A DNA stretch of 64,000 bases from Mobula hypostoma (lineage: Eukaryota), in NCBI RefSeq assembly GCF_963921235.1, contig NC_086097.1, positions 72,666,001 to 72,730,000 of the forward strand, given 5' to 3'. How positions within the stretch are numbered: the stretch's first letter is position 1; every line of letters begins with the position of its first letter. A model generated the notes under the pieces. The model was given only the letters and a program-made list of their open reading frames with translations. It made no database searches and had not been told where the DNA came from. This document shows positions 1 to 12,926 of this stretch, piece after piece. A program made the translations under genes and the position numbers.

Positions 1-2560
1 AGAGCCAAGAGCTGGACAGGTGATAGGCAAAAGGGGATACGAGAGGATCATGGGACAGGAGGTCCGGGAAGAAAGACGGGGGGGGGGTGACCCAGAGGAT
101 GGGCAAGAGGTATATTCAGAGGGACAGGGGGAGAAAAAGGAGAGTGAGAGAAAGTATGTGTGCATAAAAATGAGTAACAGATGGGGTACGAGGGGGAGGT
201 GGGGCCTTAGCGGAAGTTAGAGAAGTCGATGTTCATGCCATCAGGTTGGAGGCTACCCAGACGGAATATAAGGTGTTGTTCCTCCAACCTGAGTGTGGCT
301 TCATCTTTACAGTAGAGGAGGCCATGGATAGACATGTCAGAATGGGAATGGGATGTGGAATTAAAATGTGTGGCCACTGGGAGATCCTGCTTTCTCTGCC
401 GGACAGAGCGTAGATGTTCAGCAAAGCGGTCTCCCAGTCTGCGTCGGGTCTCGCCAATATATAAAAGGCCACATCGGGAGCACCGGACGCAGTATATCAC
501 CCCAGTCGACTCACAGGTGAAGTGAAGCCTCACCTGGAAGGACTGTTTGGGGCCCTGAATGGTGGTAAGGGAGGAAGTGTAAGGGCATGTGTAGTACTTG
601 TTCCGCTTACACGGATAAGTGCCAGGAGGGTGATCAGTGGGGAGGGATGGGGGGGAACGAATGGACAAGGGAGTTGTGTAGGGAGCGATCCCTGCGGAAT
701 GCAGGGGGGGGGAGGGAAAGATGTGCTTAGTGGTGGGATCCCGTTGGAGGTGGCGGAAGTTACGGAGAATAATATGTTGGACCCGGAGGCTGGTGAGGTG
801 GTAGGTGAGGACCAGGGGAACCCTATTCCTAGTGGGGTGGTGGGAGGATGGAGTGAGAGCAGATGTACGTGAAATGGGGGAGATGCGTTTAAGAGCAGAG
901 TTGATAGTGGAGGAAGGGAAGCCCCTTTCTTTAAAAAATGAAGTCATCTCCCTCGTCCTAGAATGAAAAGCCTCATCCTGAGAGCAGATGCGGCGGAGAC
1001 GGAGGAATTGCGAGAAGGGGATGGCGTTTTTGCAAGAGACAGGGTGAGAAGAGGAATAGTCCAGATAGCTGTGAGAGTCAGTAGGCTTATAGTAGACATC
1101 AGTGGATAAGCTGTCTCCAGAGACAGAGACAGAAAGATCTAGAAAGGGGAGGGAGGTGTCAGAAATGGACCAGGTAAACTTGAGGGCAGGGTGAAAGTTG
1201 GAGGCAAAGTTAATAAAGTCAACGAGTTCTGCATGCGTGCAGGAAGCAGCGCCAATGCAGTCGTCGATGTAGCGAAGGAAAAGTGGGGGACAGATACCAG
1301 AATAGGCACGGAACATAGATTGTTCCACAAAGCCAACAAAAAGGCAGGCATAGCCAGGACCCATACGGGTGCCCATAGCTACACCTTTAGTTTGGAGGAA
1401 GTGGGAGGAGCCAAAGGAGAAATTATTAAGAGTAAGGACTAATTCCGCTAGACGGAGCAGAGTGGTGGTAGAGGGGAACTGATTAGGTCTGGAATCCAAA
1501 AAGAAGCGTAGAGCTTTGAGACCTTCCTGATGGGGGATGGAAGTATATAAGGACTGGACATCCATGATGAAAATAAAGCGGTGGGGGCCAGGGAACTTAA
1601 AATCATCGAAAAGTTTAAGAGCGTGAGAAGTGTCACGAACATAGGTAGGAAGGGATTGAACAAGGGGGGATAAAACCGTGTCGAGGTATGCAGAAATGAG
1701 TTTGGTGGGGCAGGAGCAAGCTGAGACAATAGGTCAGCCAGGACAGGCAGGTTTGTGGATCTTGGGTAGGAGGTAGAAACGGGAAGTGCGGGGTGTGGGA
1801 ACTATAAGGTTGGTAGCAGTGGATGGGAGATCCCCTGAGCGGATAAAGTCGGTGAAGGTGTGGGAGACAATGGCCTGGTGCTCCTTAGTGGGGTCACGAT
1901 CGAGGGGTAAATAAGAGGAGGTATCCGCGAGTTGTCGCTGTGCCTCGGCAAGGTAGAGGTCAGTATGCCAGACTACAACAGCACCCCCCTTATCGGCGGG
2001 TTTAATAATAAGGTTAGGATTAGTGTGGAGGGAGTGGAGAGCAGAGCGTTCGAAAGGAGTGAGGTTGGAATGGGGACAAGGAGCGGTGAAGTCGACACAG
2101 TTGATGTCCCGTCGGCAGTTAGCAATAAAGAGATCCAGAGCAGGCAGAAGACCAGAGCGGGGTGTCCATGAAGAAGAGGAGGGTTGAAGACGGGAGAAGG
2201 GGTCATCGGTGGGGGTGGAAGAGTCCTTGCCAAAGAAGTAGGCTCGGAGACGGAGACGGCGGAAGAAAAGTTCTGCATCATGGCGAACACGGAACTCGCT
2301 GAGGTGTGGGCGACGGGGGACAAACGTGAGGCCCTTACTGAGAACAGAGCGTTCTACCTCCGACAGTTGAAGGTCGGAAGGGATGGTAAAGACCCGGCAC
2401 GGATGAGAGCTGGGATCAGAGGGGGGAGGGGAGAGGCTGGTGGTGTCAATGGAGAGGGGAGGGTTGGGGTGAGAGGAAGATGGAGCCTCTGAGGGCCCAG
2501 GAGTTGACGGTGGGATCTGAGGGAGACGGGGCTGCGGAGTGGTGGGGGGGGGAGGGGAGA
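1..2560 (-). mobile_element. Young Penelope-like element (Neptune-type), 5'-truncated; 3' UTR/pLTR runs off the window start
   Basis: Minus frame reads LSKGLTFVP...KPADKGGAVVV (PLE DKG motif)...FYLLPKIHK, then RT (GVAMGTRMGP, RYIDD), a Cys linker (PCKRNKYYTC) and a GIY-YIG nuclease (VIYC...LLYIGETRRRL...HF). Confidence 0.95.
207..2400 (-). pseudogene. PLE RT + GIY-YIG endonuclease ORF, disabled
   Basis: Track ORF 207..1565 plus an upstream in-frame extension. In-frame TGA at 1734-1736 (PG*PIVS, Arg expected) and a compensated frameshift at about 650-712. Confidence 0.85.
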
Positions 2561-2840
2561 CGGGAATATAAGGTGTTGTTCCTCCACCCTGAGGGTGGCC
2601 TCATCATGGCGAATGTCAGAATGGGAATTGAAATGTTGGGTACCGGAAAGTTCCACTTTTGGCAGATGGAGTTGGAGTGCTCAAGGGAAGCAGTCCCCCA
2701 ATTTACGACAGGTTGCACCAATGTGGAGTAGGCTCCAGCGAGAGCTCTACATACAATAGATGACCCCCAGCAGATTCACCATTTAACCTGGAAGGACAGT
2801 TTTGTGGGGGGGGGCCTAAAAGATGGTGAGAGAGATGGTG
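2561..2840 (-). mobile_element. Older diverged PLE fragment (GIY-YIG C-terminus)
   Basis: Encodes HFNSHSDI...DEATLRVEEQHLIF, homologous to 250-550 but more diverged. Confidence 0.8.
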
Positions 2841-2844
2841 AATA

Positions 2845-4730
2845 GACTCACCCATGATAAGAAACATCCTCTCCATGTTCACTCTATCTAGACCTTTCAA
2901 TACTCAAGGTTTAAATGAGATTCGCACCGCACACCCCCTCCCCAATTCTTTTAAACTCCAGCGAGTACAGGCCCAGAACCATCAAACACTCTTATGCATT
3001 AACCCTTTCATTCCCAGGATCTTTCTCATGAACCTCCTATGGACCTTCTCCAATGCCATTACATCCTTCCTTAGATAAATGGCCAAAAACTGTTCACAAT
3101 ACTCTAAGTGCAGTCAGGCCAATGCCTCACAAAAGCTTCAGATTACATCTTTGCTTTTATATTCTAGTCCTCTCAAAGTGAACACTGACATTGCATTTGC
3201 CTTCCTTACCACTGACTCAGCCTGCAAGTTAACCTTTAGGAATTCCCTGCATGAGGACTCCCAAGTGCTTTTGCATGCCTGAGTTTTGAATTTTCTCCCT
3301 GATTAGAAAATAGTGTACGCCTTTATTCCTTCTACCAAAGTGCATGACCATATAATGTCCAACACTATATTCCATATGCTGCTCCTTTGCCCATTCTTCT
3401 AAATCTGCCTAATTCCTTCTGTATCTTCTCTACTTCCTCAAAACTACCCGCCTCTCCAGCTATCTTTGTGTCAACCACAGACTTGGGTACAAAGCCACCT
3501 ATTCCATCATTAAAATCATTAACATACCACGTAAAAAGAAGTGGTCCCAACACTGACCACTAAGGAACACCACTAGTCACTAGCAAGACCAGAAAGGACC
3601 CAGCCAATCTTCTATCCATGCTGTATCTGTCCGGTAGCACTATAGGCTCTTATCTTGCTAAGCAGCCTCATGTGCAGCACCTGCTCAAAGGCCTGCTGAA
3701 ACCCTGAGTAAATCCCCTTAAGGAAACCATGCTGACTTTGGCCTATTTTATCACGTGACTCCAAGTACACTGACACCTCATCCTTAATAATGGACTTCAA
3801 AATCTTTCCAAACACTGAAGTTAACTGGCTATTAATTTTCCTTTTTTGCCTCCTTCCCTTTGTAAAGACTGGAGTGACATTTACAATTTTCCAACCCTCT
3901 GGAAACATTCTAGAATCTAGTGATTCTTGTAAGATCATTACTAATACCTCCACTTCTTTTCAGACACCTCCTTCAGAACCCTGGGGTGTAGTCCATATGG
4001 TCCAGGTGGCTTATCTACCTTCAAACCTTTCAGCTTTCCAAGCACCTTCTCCCTAGTGATAACAACTGCACTCACTTCTGCTACCTCTGGAACTTCTGGC
4101 ATGCTGCCAGTGTCATCCACAGTGAAGAGTGACATAAACTACTTACTGAGTCAATCTGACATTACTTCGTCTCCTATTGCTACCTCTCCAGTGTCATCTT
4201 CCAGCGGTTCAATATCCACTCTTGCCTCTCTGTTACTCTTCATGCATCTTAAAAAAAACTTCTTTATATTATTAAACCTCCGTTTTTATTATTGGCTAGC
4301 TTACAGTATCTTTATACTTCACCTTTCTATCCTTAAGGCTTTGTTTTAGTTCCCTTCTGCCGGTTTTTAAAAGATTCCCAATCTTCTAATTTCCCACTAT
4401 TTTTTGCTATATCATATGCTCTCTCTCTTGCTTTAGTGCTGTCTTCGACTTCCCTTGTTAGACACAGTTGTATTATCATCCCTTTAGAATATTTCTTCTT
4501 TACGATGAATCTATCCTGCACCTTCCGAATTGCTCTCAGAATCTGCAATTGTTCCCTTGTTCTGCCATCAACCCAGCTTTGGCAGCTGCTCTCTCACGCC
4601 TCTGTAATTCCCTGTACTCCACTGTAATACTGATACATCTGAGTTTAGCTTCTCCTTCTCAAATTGCAGGGTGAATTCTATCATATGATGATCATTGCCT
4701 CCTAAAGGTTCCTTTACTTTAGGCTCCCTT
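2845..4730 (-). mobile_element. Degenerate CR1 LINE ORF2 fragment with internal deletions
   Basis: Broken RT pieces: PGPYGLHPRVLKE, SQHGFLKG, LGPLLFT...VVDTK. Confidence 0.9.
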
Positions 4731-7059
4731 TATAGAGGTGAATCCAATGGAAGCAACTATGATACTGCTCCATGCTAATGAGCAAGGGAGGTGGTGACCA
4801 TAGGAAAACAACTGGATTCACTGGGTTAGCAATTTTAACCAATTTTCCCGCCATGTTTCTGTTTGACCCAAGCTCTCAAATCAGCAATCACCTGAGACTC
4901 CCATTTTGATTATCAGCCTGAAATCTTTCCAGAAGAAAACATCCCACTAGTGAGCCTACACCACAGACTCTATTCCTTCCAAATGCCCTACTCCTACAAC
5001 CTCTGCCTTCTGACCCAACCCAAAAAGCCTCATTCCTTCCCAACACCCTAGCCATTCCCATTACGCAACTCCAACATTCACAACCTCTGGGCTTTTGACT
5101 CCAGACAAAATTTCTTCCTAACATCCCCCATCCTGATCCTTTCACCCAAACCCATACTTCCAGAGAAACCAAACCCCAGCCGCTCTCATCCAGGCACCTA
5201 CCACCCACTTACCTTCTCTGCCAGCCTGGACCCAGGTCCTGCTGCCACATACCATTCAATAGAAATTAAATTTACATCATTTTTCAATGTATCAGTAACT
5301 TTAGTGTTAAATCTTAAGTGAAACCATGTGTAAAGTTCACTCCAAAATCACAGGAATGTAAATCAATTATTTTTTTTTTACAAATTATCATGTTCTATGT
5401 ATTCTAAATCTCTGTATAATCACCACTGTAAACCTTCTTAAATTGTCATCAAGCTTGGAAGGCTTTTAATAACCTTGATCCTTTATGCAGCATATTGCAC
5501 AAACCGTAGTTATACCAACAAATGACTTGAGTAGTTAATCAGTGTGGAATCAAGAAAGCATTTACTTTATCATTTCCTACCAAAGCCAATCTTTTACATT
5601 CTTTTGGACACTCATAAATTGTTGAAATATATTTCAATGTTTTGTTCAAAAGGTTATCTGGTTGTGTGAAAATATATGTTATTGGAGAAGCAGAGAAGAC
5701 AAATCAATATGGACTTGATGCTGAATGAAAGGGTACGCCAAGCTTCAGTCCTTTTCAAGCAATTGAGCTGTTCAGATTGACAGGAGAACTATGGGATGGA
5801 GAAAAGCTCAGAGGAAACCTATATGAAGAGAAAGACCATAATTAATCAAACAGCAAGGAAGAGAAGGAGAACAATAGAACAGTGGAAACAGAGAGCTGGG
5901 GTAGAGGGATGGCTTACAATGTCAATAAATAGAAAAATAAACTAGAAATGGTTTTGAAAAATGAAGACTATTCAGTAAAAATAATCACAAAGATTACCAA
6001 GGCATCTGTGTGATGCAAGTGGATAGGGTATTTGAATAAGGGCCTTTTCATGGTGCCAAAAAATTCTATCACAAAAAAGCAATATCTCAGTAGCTAAATG
6101 TTTCATATGAACATAGATTAAAGCATACCCAGGGGTGATTACCAGTCAGTAATTCCATTGAGGCAATCAGACAACACAATAAACAATGAGAGGAGAGCTG
6201 GTGTAGTTTACAATCATCATCTGGACCTTAAAATGGAATTACTGCCTAGGAATCACTCCCATGTGTTCGCTATTTGTGGGCAAGATTGTCCTTTGTTCAC
6301 TTTGTTTTATACAGTCGCAGCAGATGTCAGGAGGATCCTGGACAATGATTTGCCTTGATACTGATAATTAGATTCCCACTTGAAGGTGAACCGTTATGAT
6401 AATCAGCCGATAATTTACAAGTTAACTGAGAAACAAGTGTCATCTGATATTCAAAAAGAAAATATATTTATTTTGTTCTCTTTATTCTTACATAAAACTA
6501 TCATAACGATGTTAAATCTCAAATAAATACAAAGTACAGCTTGGATGGCAATTACTTGAATATATTGAAAAAAAATCTTGCTGCGACATATGGTTTGAAT
6601 TTTATTTGTCTTCCACCATCCTCTATTGCTGCTGTCTCAAATGCATTGCTGTTAGCTTAGCTACAGTTGATGCTTTAGTCTTCAGCAACTACCCCAAGAC
6701 TAATACTCCTCCTCTTTAGAGAAGACTCTTTAAATTTCAGTTTTGTTTAATGCTTTCACAAGAGCTTGACATGAGGAAGTATTTTTTCAGATCCAGCAGA
6801 AGATGTTTACTTTCAGAAAAATACCTGAATCAATCCAAAATTTAATAGAGTTACACGCTTAATAGTTTTTATTTTTTTTAATATTTAAATATTCTAAATA
6901 CTTGAATTCAATTATGGCACCTGAAATGGAAATTATTTAAAATTCATACATGCTTTTGCATTCATTATGACTATAACATTTAAAACAAATAATTGGAAAA
7001 CACGTGGAATATTTGTAACTGATTGGAAATACACAAGTCGGAATCAGAGTTTGTCCAGT

Positions 7060-7210
7060 GTAAATGGCCCAGGAGCATTGGTAACTGGTAAGTAATTGAG
7101 TCTAAGAGGAGTGAGCAGAAAGAAGGGAGAATAAAATGGGATTGATACAATGTGAGCATAAATGAATGCTTGACAGTTGGCATGAGCACGGGCTGAGTGG
7201 CCTGTTTCCC
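7060..7210 (+). mobile_element. SINE/CR1-type 3' end remnant
   Basis: Ends in GGGCTGAGTGGCCTGTTTC, resembling the CR1 3' terminal motif seen at 15150-15170. Confidence 0.45.
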
Positions 7211-7889
7211 TAAGAATCTGTTTAAAAAAATGGAAGAAAGCCAAAGATATCCATTTGGACTGTGATAATCTTACCTCCCCCAGTCACAGGAACCAGGAAT
7301 ACAGAGAAGAGCATTCTTGAAACACAGTAATTTCTCTTTAATTAATCTCTGTATGTTCCTGTTTTGGAGCCCTTCCCCTTAGCAAGTAATTAAGTAATGG
7401 CCTGAGGTGGTAAAATCAGATTAAATACAGAACGTCCTAACTAGGTAAATATTACCAAGTTCTTCAGGCTACAGCAGCTAGTATCTAATTGATCAGCTAA
7501 CATTATTAATGTCAAACTTTATTATGACTTCGTCATGCATTGTTCCAATGGTGAAAGTAATGATTCAGGTTGACAATTTGAGATGAAAAAATGGCAACAA
7601 TAGTTTAATGATAATAATGACTGTAGTTTGTATTTTTAGTTAAACCATATTAATTAGAATTTTGAATATATGTTGAGTAAAGTTTGGAAGCATGCCATTT
7701 CAGATCAATTTTAAGAAGGGAAAGAATGTAATTTCTACTGTGACTTTGGAGATGTTGCGAAATGAACATATGATTTAATGAACACTGAATTTATCTCGCC
7801 ATTAAGCAATATTCCTGACAGACAAATGCTCAAATCAATTAAATGTGTGTTTGTCAAATTTGCATATCTACAAACAGAAGTGTCATGGT

Positions 7890-8095
7890 CTAAGCATCAT
7901 AAAATATATATACATTATGACTATTATTCATGAAACTGTATACCAATCATAAATTATGTATCATAAAAATATATAACTATTAAATATGTATTCATCATGA
8001 AATATATATTTGTCATAAAACTATCTACACATAATAAATATATTATAAAATATTACTCATCGACAAATAATACACATATGAAATATGTACAATGA
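7890..8095. repeat. Degenerate AT-rich tandem repeat
   Basis: Recurrent (CA)TCATAAAATAT(A/G)TA-like units. Confidence 0.55.
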
Positions 8096-8789
8096 TATAA
8101 GAGGAGAAATTCTAATAATCAGCTACAACTGTCTGATTGCACATTGAGCCAGATCTCTCTCGCCAATGCCAATAGTTCTAAATGAAACTCCTTGCTTTTT
8201 TAATGACAATTGATTCAAGAGTTTGAAGCATACTCCTGTCAAATGCATAAGCTGACAGATTCAGAATGTGAAATCTGTTCGCTCTGCATTGGACTCCATT
8301 GTCCAAAGCTGGAGCACAGGATTGCTTAGGTTTGCCAGTATTGTTCTGGGGAGTCACTTCACAGATCTGCCACAAGATCCAAAGGCCAATTAATTTCAAT
8401 GGTTATGTGCAGAGTTTTTTTTAGCTATGTGAAAAATTATTTTGCTATAGGTGAATTTAGCTAGATCATCTGCTGTTCATAGAGCAGGTTTATTTAAACC
8501 CATTGTAATATGGAGAGGTACAGAGGAACTGATGCCAGTGCATCTGTCATGTCACTGCTCACCAAAGCTTGATGGCGGTCCACAGAAAGGAAGTGCTATT
8601 TGTTTTTTTTTTCATTCTGCTTAACGATTTAAGGATCTGAACATTCTTTATTGTGTCCATAATTAACCTTATTTAATTATAAACTGTGTTTATTTTACAA
8701 CTACTTATATTAATCCTGCTCTTTTTTAAAAGGAGGGAAGAGATACCTCCAGGCACAAGTGTTGAATTGCGAGAAATAGGTAGAAAGAT

Positions 8790-8962
8790 TTTCTGGTTTT
8801 GCACTATTTTTGATCTATTCAGTACTCATATATATACTTACTATAATTGATTTATGTATTTTTTTTCCTTTCCATATAATCACGTATTGCATTGTACTGC
8901 TGCTGCTAAATTAACAAATTTCACAATACATGCCGGTGATAACAAATCTGACTCTGATTCTG
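8790..8962 (+). mobile_element. Rex1/Babar-type LINE 3' UTR fragment
   Basis: Matches the 3' UTR at 18160-18295 and ends in a (ATTCTG)n-like tail. Confidence 0.7.
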
Positions 8963-9065
8963 AGAGATCCAAGATGCAATGTCTGCAGAGATAGAACATA
9001 GAACATAGAACATAGAATAATACAGCACAGTACAGGCCCTTCGGCCCACAATGTTGTGCCGACCC

Positions 9066-11948
9066 TCAAACCCTGCCTCCCATATAAGCCCCAACCTTAA
9101 ATTCCTCCATATACCTGTCTAGTAGTCTCTTAAACTTCACTAGTGTATCTGCCTCCACCACTGACTCAGGCAGTGCATTCCACGCACCAACCACTCTCTG
9201 AGTAAAAAACCTTCCTCTAATATCCCCCTTGAACTTCCCACCCCTTACCTTAAAGCCATGTCCTCTTGTATTGAGCAGTGGTGCCCTGGGGAAGAGGCGC
9301 TGGCTATCCACTCTATCTATTCCGCTTATTATCTTATACACCTCTATCATGTCTCCTCTCATCCTCCTTCTCTCCAAAAAGTAAAGCCCTAGCTCCCTTA
9401 ATCTCTGATCATAATGCATACCCTCTAAACCAGGCAGCATCCTGGTAAATCTTCTCTGTACCCTTTCCAATGCTTCCACATCTTTCCTATAGTGAGGTGA
9501 CCAGAACTGGACACAGTACTCCAAGTGTGGCCTAACCAGAGTTTTATAGAGCTGCATCATTACATCGCAAATCTTAAACTCTATCCCTCGACTTACGAAA
9601 GCCAACACCCCATAAGCTTTCTTAACTACCCTATCCACCTGTGAGGCAACTTTCAGGGATCTGTGGACATGTACCCCGAGATCCCTCTGCTCCTCCACAC
9701 TACCAAGTATCCTGCCATTTACTTTGTACTCTGCCTTGGAGTTTGTCCTTCCAAAGTGTACCACCTCACACTTCTCCGGCTTGAACTCCATCTGCCACTT
9801 CTCAGCCCACTTCTGCATCCTATCAATGTCCCTCTGCAATCTTTGACAATCCTCTACACTATCTACAACACCACCAACCTTTGTGTCATCTGGAAACTTG
9901 CCAACCCACTCTTCTACCCCCACATCCAGGTCGTTAATAAAAATCACGAAAAGTAGAAGTCCCAGAACAGATCCTTGTGGGACACCACTTGTCACAATTC
10001 TCCAATCTGAATGTACTCCCTCCACCATCACCCTCTGCCTTCTGCAGGCAAGCCAATTCTGAATCCACCTGGCCAAACTTCCCTGGATCCCATGCCTTCT
10101 AACTTTCTGAATAAGCCTACCATGTGGAACCTTGTCAAATGCCTTACTAAAATCCACATAGATCACATCCAATGCACTACCCTCATCTATATGCCTGGTC
10201 ACCTCCTCAAAGAACTCTATCAGGCTTGTTAGACACGATCTGCCCTTCACAAAGCCATGCTGACTGTCCCTGATCAGACCATGATTCTCTAAATGCCTAT
10301 AGATCCTATCTCTAAGAATCTTTTCCAACAGCTTTCCCACCACAGACGTAAGACTCACTGGTCTATAATTACCCGGTCTATCCCTACTACCTTTTTTGAA
10401 CAAGGGGAACAACATTCGCCTCCCTCCAATCCTCCGGTACCATTCCAGTGGACAACGAGGACATAAAGATCCTAGCCAGAGGTTCAGCAATCTCTTCTTT
10501 CGCCTCGTAGAGCAGCCTGGGGAATATTCCGTCAGGCCCCAGGGACTTATCTGTCCTAATGTATTTTAACAACTTCAACACCTCCCCTCCCTTAATATCA
10601 ACATGCTCCAGAACATCAACCTCACTCATATTGTCCTCACCATCATCAAGTTCCCTCTCATTGGTGAATACCGAAGAGAAGTATTCATTGAGGACCTCGC
10701 TCACTTCCACAGCCTCTAGGCACATCTTCCCACCTTTATCTCTAATCGGTCCTACCTTCACTCCTGTCATCCTTTTTTTCTTCACATAATTGAAGAATGC
10801 TTTGGGGTTTTCCTTTACCCTACTTGCCAAGGCCTTCTCATGCCCTCTTCTTGCTCTGCTCAGCCCCTTCTTAAGCTCCTTTCTTGCTTCCCTATATTCC
10901 TCAGTAGACCCATCTGATCCTTGCTTCCTAAACCACATGTATGCTGCCTCCTTCCACCTGACTAGATTTTCCTCCTCACTTGTCACCCATGGTTCCTTCA
11001 CCCTACCATTCTTTATCTTCCTCACCGGGACAGATTTATCCCTAACATCCCGCAAGAGATCTCTAAACATCGACCACATGTCCATAGTATATTTCCCTGC
11101 AAAAACATCATCCCAATTCACACCCGCAAGTTCTAGCCTTATAGCCTCATAATTTGCCTTTCCCCAATTAAAAATTTTCCTGTGCTCTCTGATTCTATCC
11201 TTTCCCATGATAACGCTAAAGGCCAGGGAGCGGTGGTCACTGTCCCCCAGATGCTCACCCACTGAGAGATCTGTGACCTGACCCAGTTCATTACTTAGTA
11301 CTAGATCTAGTATGGCATTCCCCCGGTCGGCCTGTCCACATACTGTGACAGGAATCCGTCCTGGACACACTTAACAAACTCTGCCCCATCTAAACCCTTG
11401 GAAATAATCAGGTGCAAATCAATATTAGGGAAGTTAAAGTCACCCATGATAACAACCCCGTTATTTTTGCACCTTTCCAAAATCTGCCTCCCAATCTGCT
11501 CCTCTGTATCTCTGCTGCTACCAAGGGGCCTATAGAATACCCCCAATAGAGTAACTGCTCCCTTCCTGTTCCTGACTTCCACCCATACTGACTCAAAAGA
11601 GGATCCTGCTACATCACCCACTCTTTCTGTAGCTGTAATAGTATCCCTAACCAGTAATGCCACCCCTCCTCCCCTTTTTCCGCCCTCTGTATCCCTTTTA
11701 AAGCACTGAAATCCGGGAATATTGAGAATCCTTTCCTGCCCTGGTGTCAGCCAAGTCTCTGTAATGGCCACTACATCATAATTCCATGTATGTATCCAAG
11801 CTCTCAGTTCATCACCTTTGTTCCTGATGCTTCTTGCATTGAGGTACACACATTTCAGCTCTTCTACCTTACTGTCTTTACACCGTTTATTCTGCTTCTC
11901 TTTCCTCAAAGCCTCTCTATATGTTAGATCTGACTTTACTCCATGCAC
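9066..11948 (-). pseudogene. CR1 ORF2 (APE endonuclease + RT) split by two frameshifts
   Basis: Three overlapping ORFs (11307..11948, 10387..11370, 9066..10490) with YLNARS, AITETWL, MGDFN, ILDLVL, GVPQGSVLG. The catalytic box reads FPDD rather than FADD. Confidence 0.92.
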
Positions 11949-11991
11949 TTCTTCACTGCTCTATCGCTCTGGGTCCCATCCCCTTTGCAAA

Positions 11992-12926
11992 TTAGTTTAA
12001 ACCCTCCCGAACCACGCTAGTAAACCTACCTGCAAGGATATTGGTCCCCCTTGAGTTCAGGTGCAACGCATCCAATCTGCACAGGTCCCACCTTCCCCAG
12101 AAGAGATCCCAATGATCTAAAAATCTAAAATCCTGCTCCCTGCACCAACTCCTCAGCCACGCATTCATCTCCTCCAGTTCTTTCCATCACTGTCACGTAG
12201 CACTGGTAGCAATCCTGAGAACGCCACCCTTGAGGTCCTATTCTTCAGCCTTCTGCTTAGTTCTCGAAATTCACACTTCAGGACCTCATCCTTCTTCCTG
12301 CCTATGTCGTTGGTCCCAACATGTATCACGACTTCTGGTTGCTTTCCCTCTCGTACCAGGATGTTGTGCACCCAGTCAGAGACATCCCGGACCCTGGCAC
12401 CCGGGAGGCAACAAACCATGCGGGTGTCCTTCTCACGTCCACAAAATCTCCTGTCTGCTCCCCTGACTATAGAGTCTCCAATGACGACAGCTCTCCTCTT
12501 CTGTGTCCCACCCTTCTGCACCACAGGGTCAGTCTCAGTGCCGGAGGCCCTGCCACCGTGGCTCACACCTGGTTGGTCGTCCCCGCCAACAGTATCCAGG
12601 ACGGTAAAGTTATTATTCAGGGGAATGGCTACAGGGGTGCTCTGCACTACCTGTCTGCTCACCTTCGCTTTCCCCCCTCTGACTGTCACCCAACGACCGG
12701 CTTCCGACAGCCTAGGTGTGACTACCTCCCAGCAGCTCTCATCTATGACTGCCTCATTCTCCCTTATGAGTCGAAGGTCATCCAGCTGCTGCTCCAGATT
12801 CCTTACACGGTCTTCCAGATCGCCCAGCCGTATGCACTTCTGGCAGATGTGACTCTGTGGGAGAGGGGAGTTCCCCCAAGACTGTCACAACTCACATGAG
12901 AGGCACATCAGCATCTCAGGAGACAT
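11992..12926 (-). pseudogene. CR1 ORF1 (Cys-rich N-terminus, coiled coil, SGNH/GDSL esterase-like domain)
   Basis: ATG at 12926 gives MSPEMLMCLSCEL*...ICQKC...LEDRVRNLEQQL...VIGDSIVR...HVGTNDI...DALHL. TGA at 12885-12887 and a frameshift near 12165. Confidence 0.9.

Noticed and set aside
1734..1736. In-frame TGA in the PLE ORF as possible selenocysteine (some PLE clades encode selenoproteins)
   Set aside because: It falls at the Arg of the conserved RPIVS motif, so CGA>TGA decay explains it. No SECIS was identified.
8991..9017. Short direct repeats (CATAGAA)n and similar arrays as CRISPR-like or telomeric repeats
   Set aside because: They are CR1 3' microsatellite tails with no spacers, in a eukaryotic context.
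12304..12899. Plus-strand ORFs of 182 and 192 aa
   Set aside because: Antisense shadows of CR1 ORF1 with no recognisable domain.
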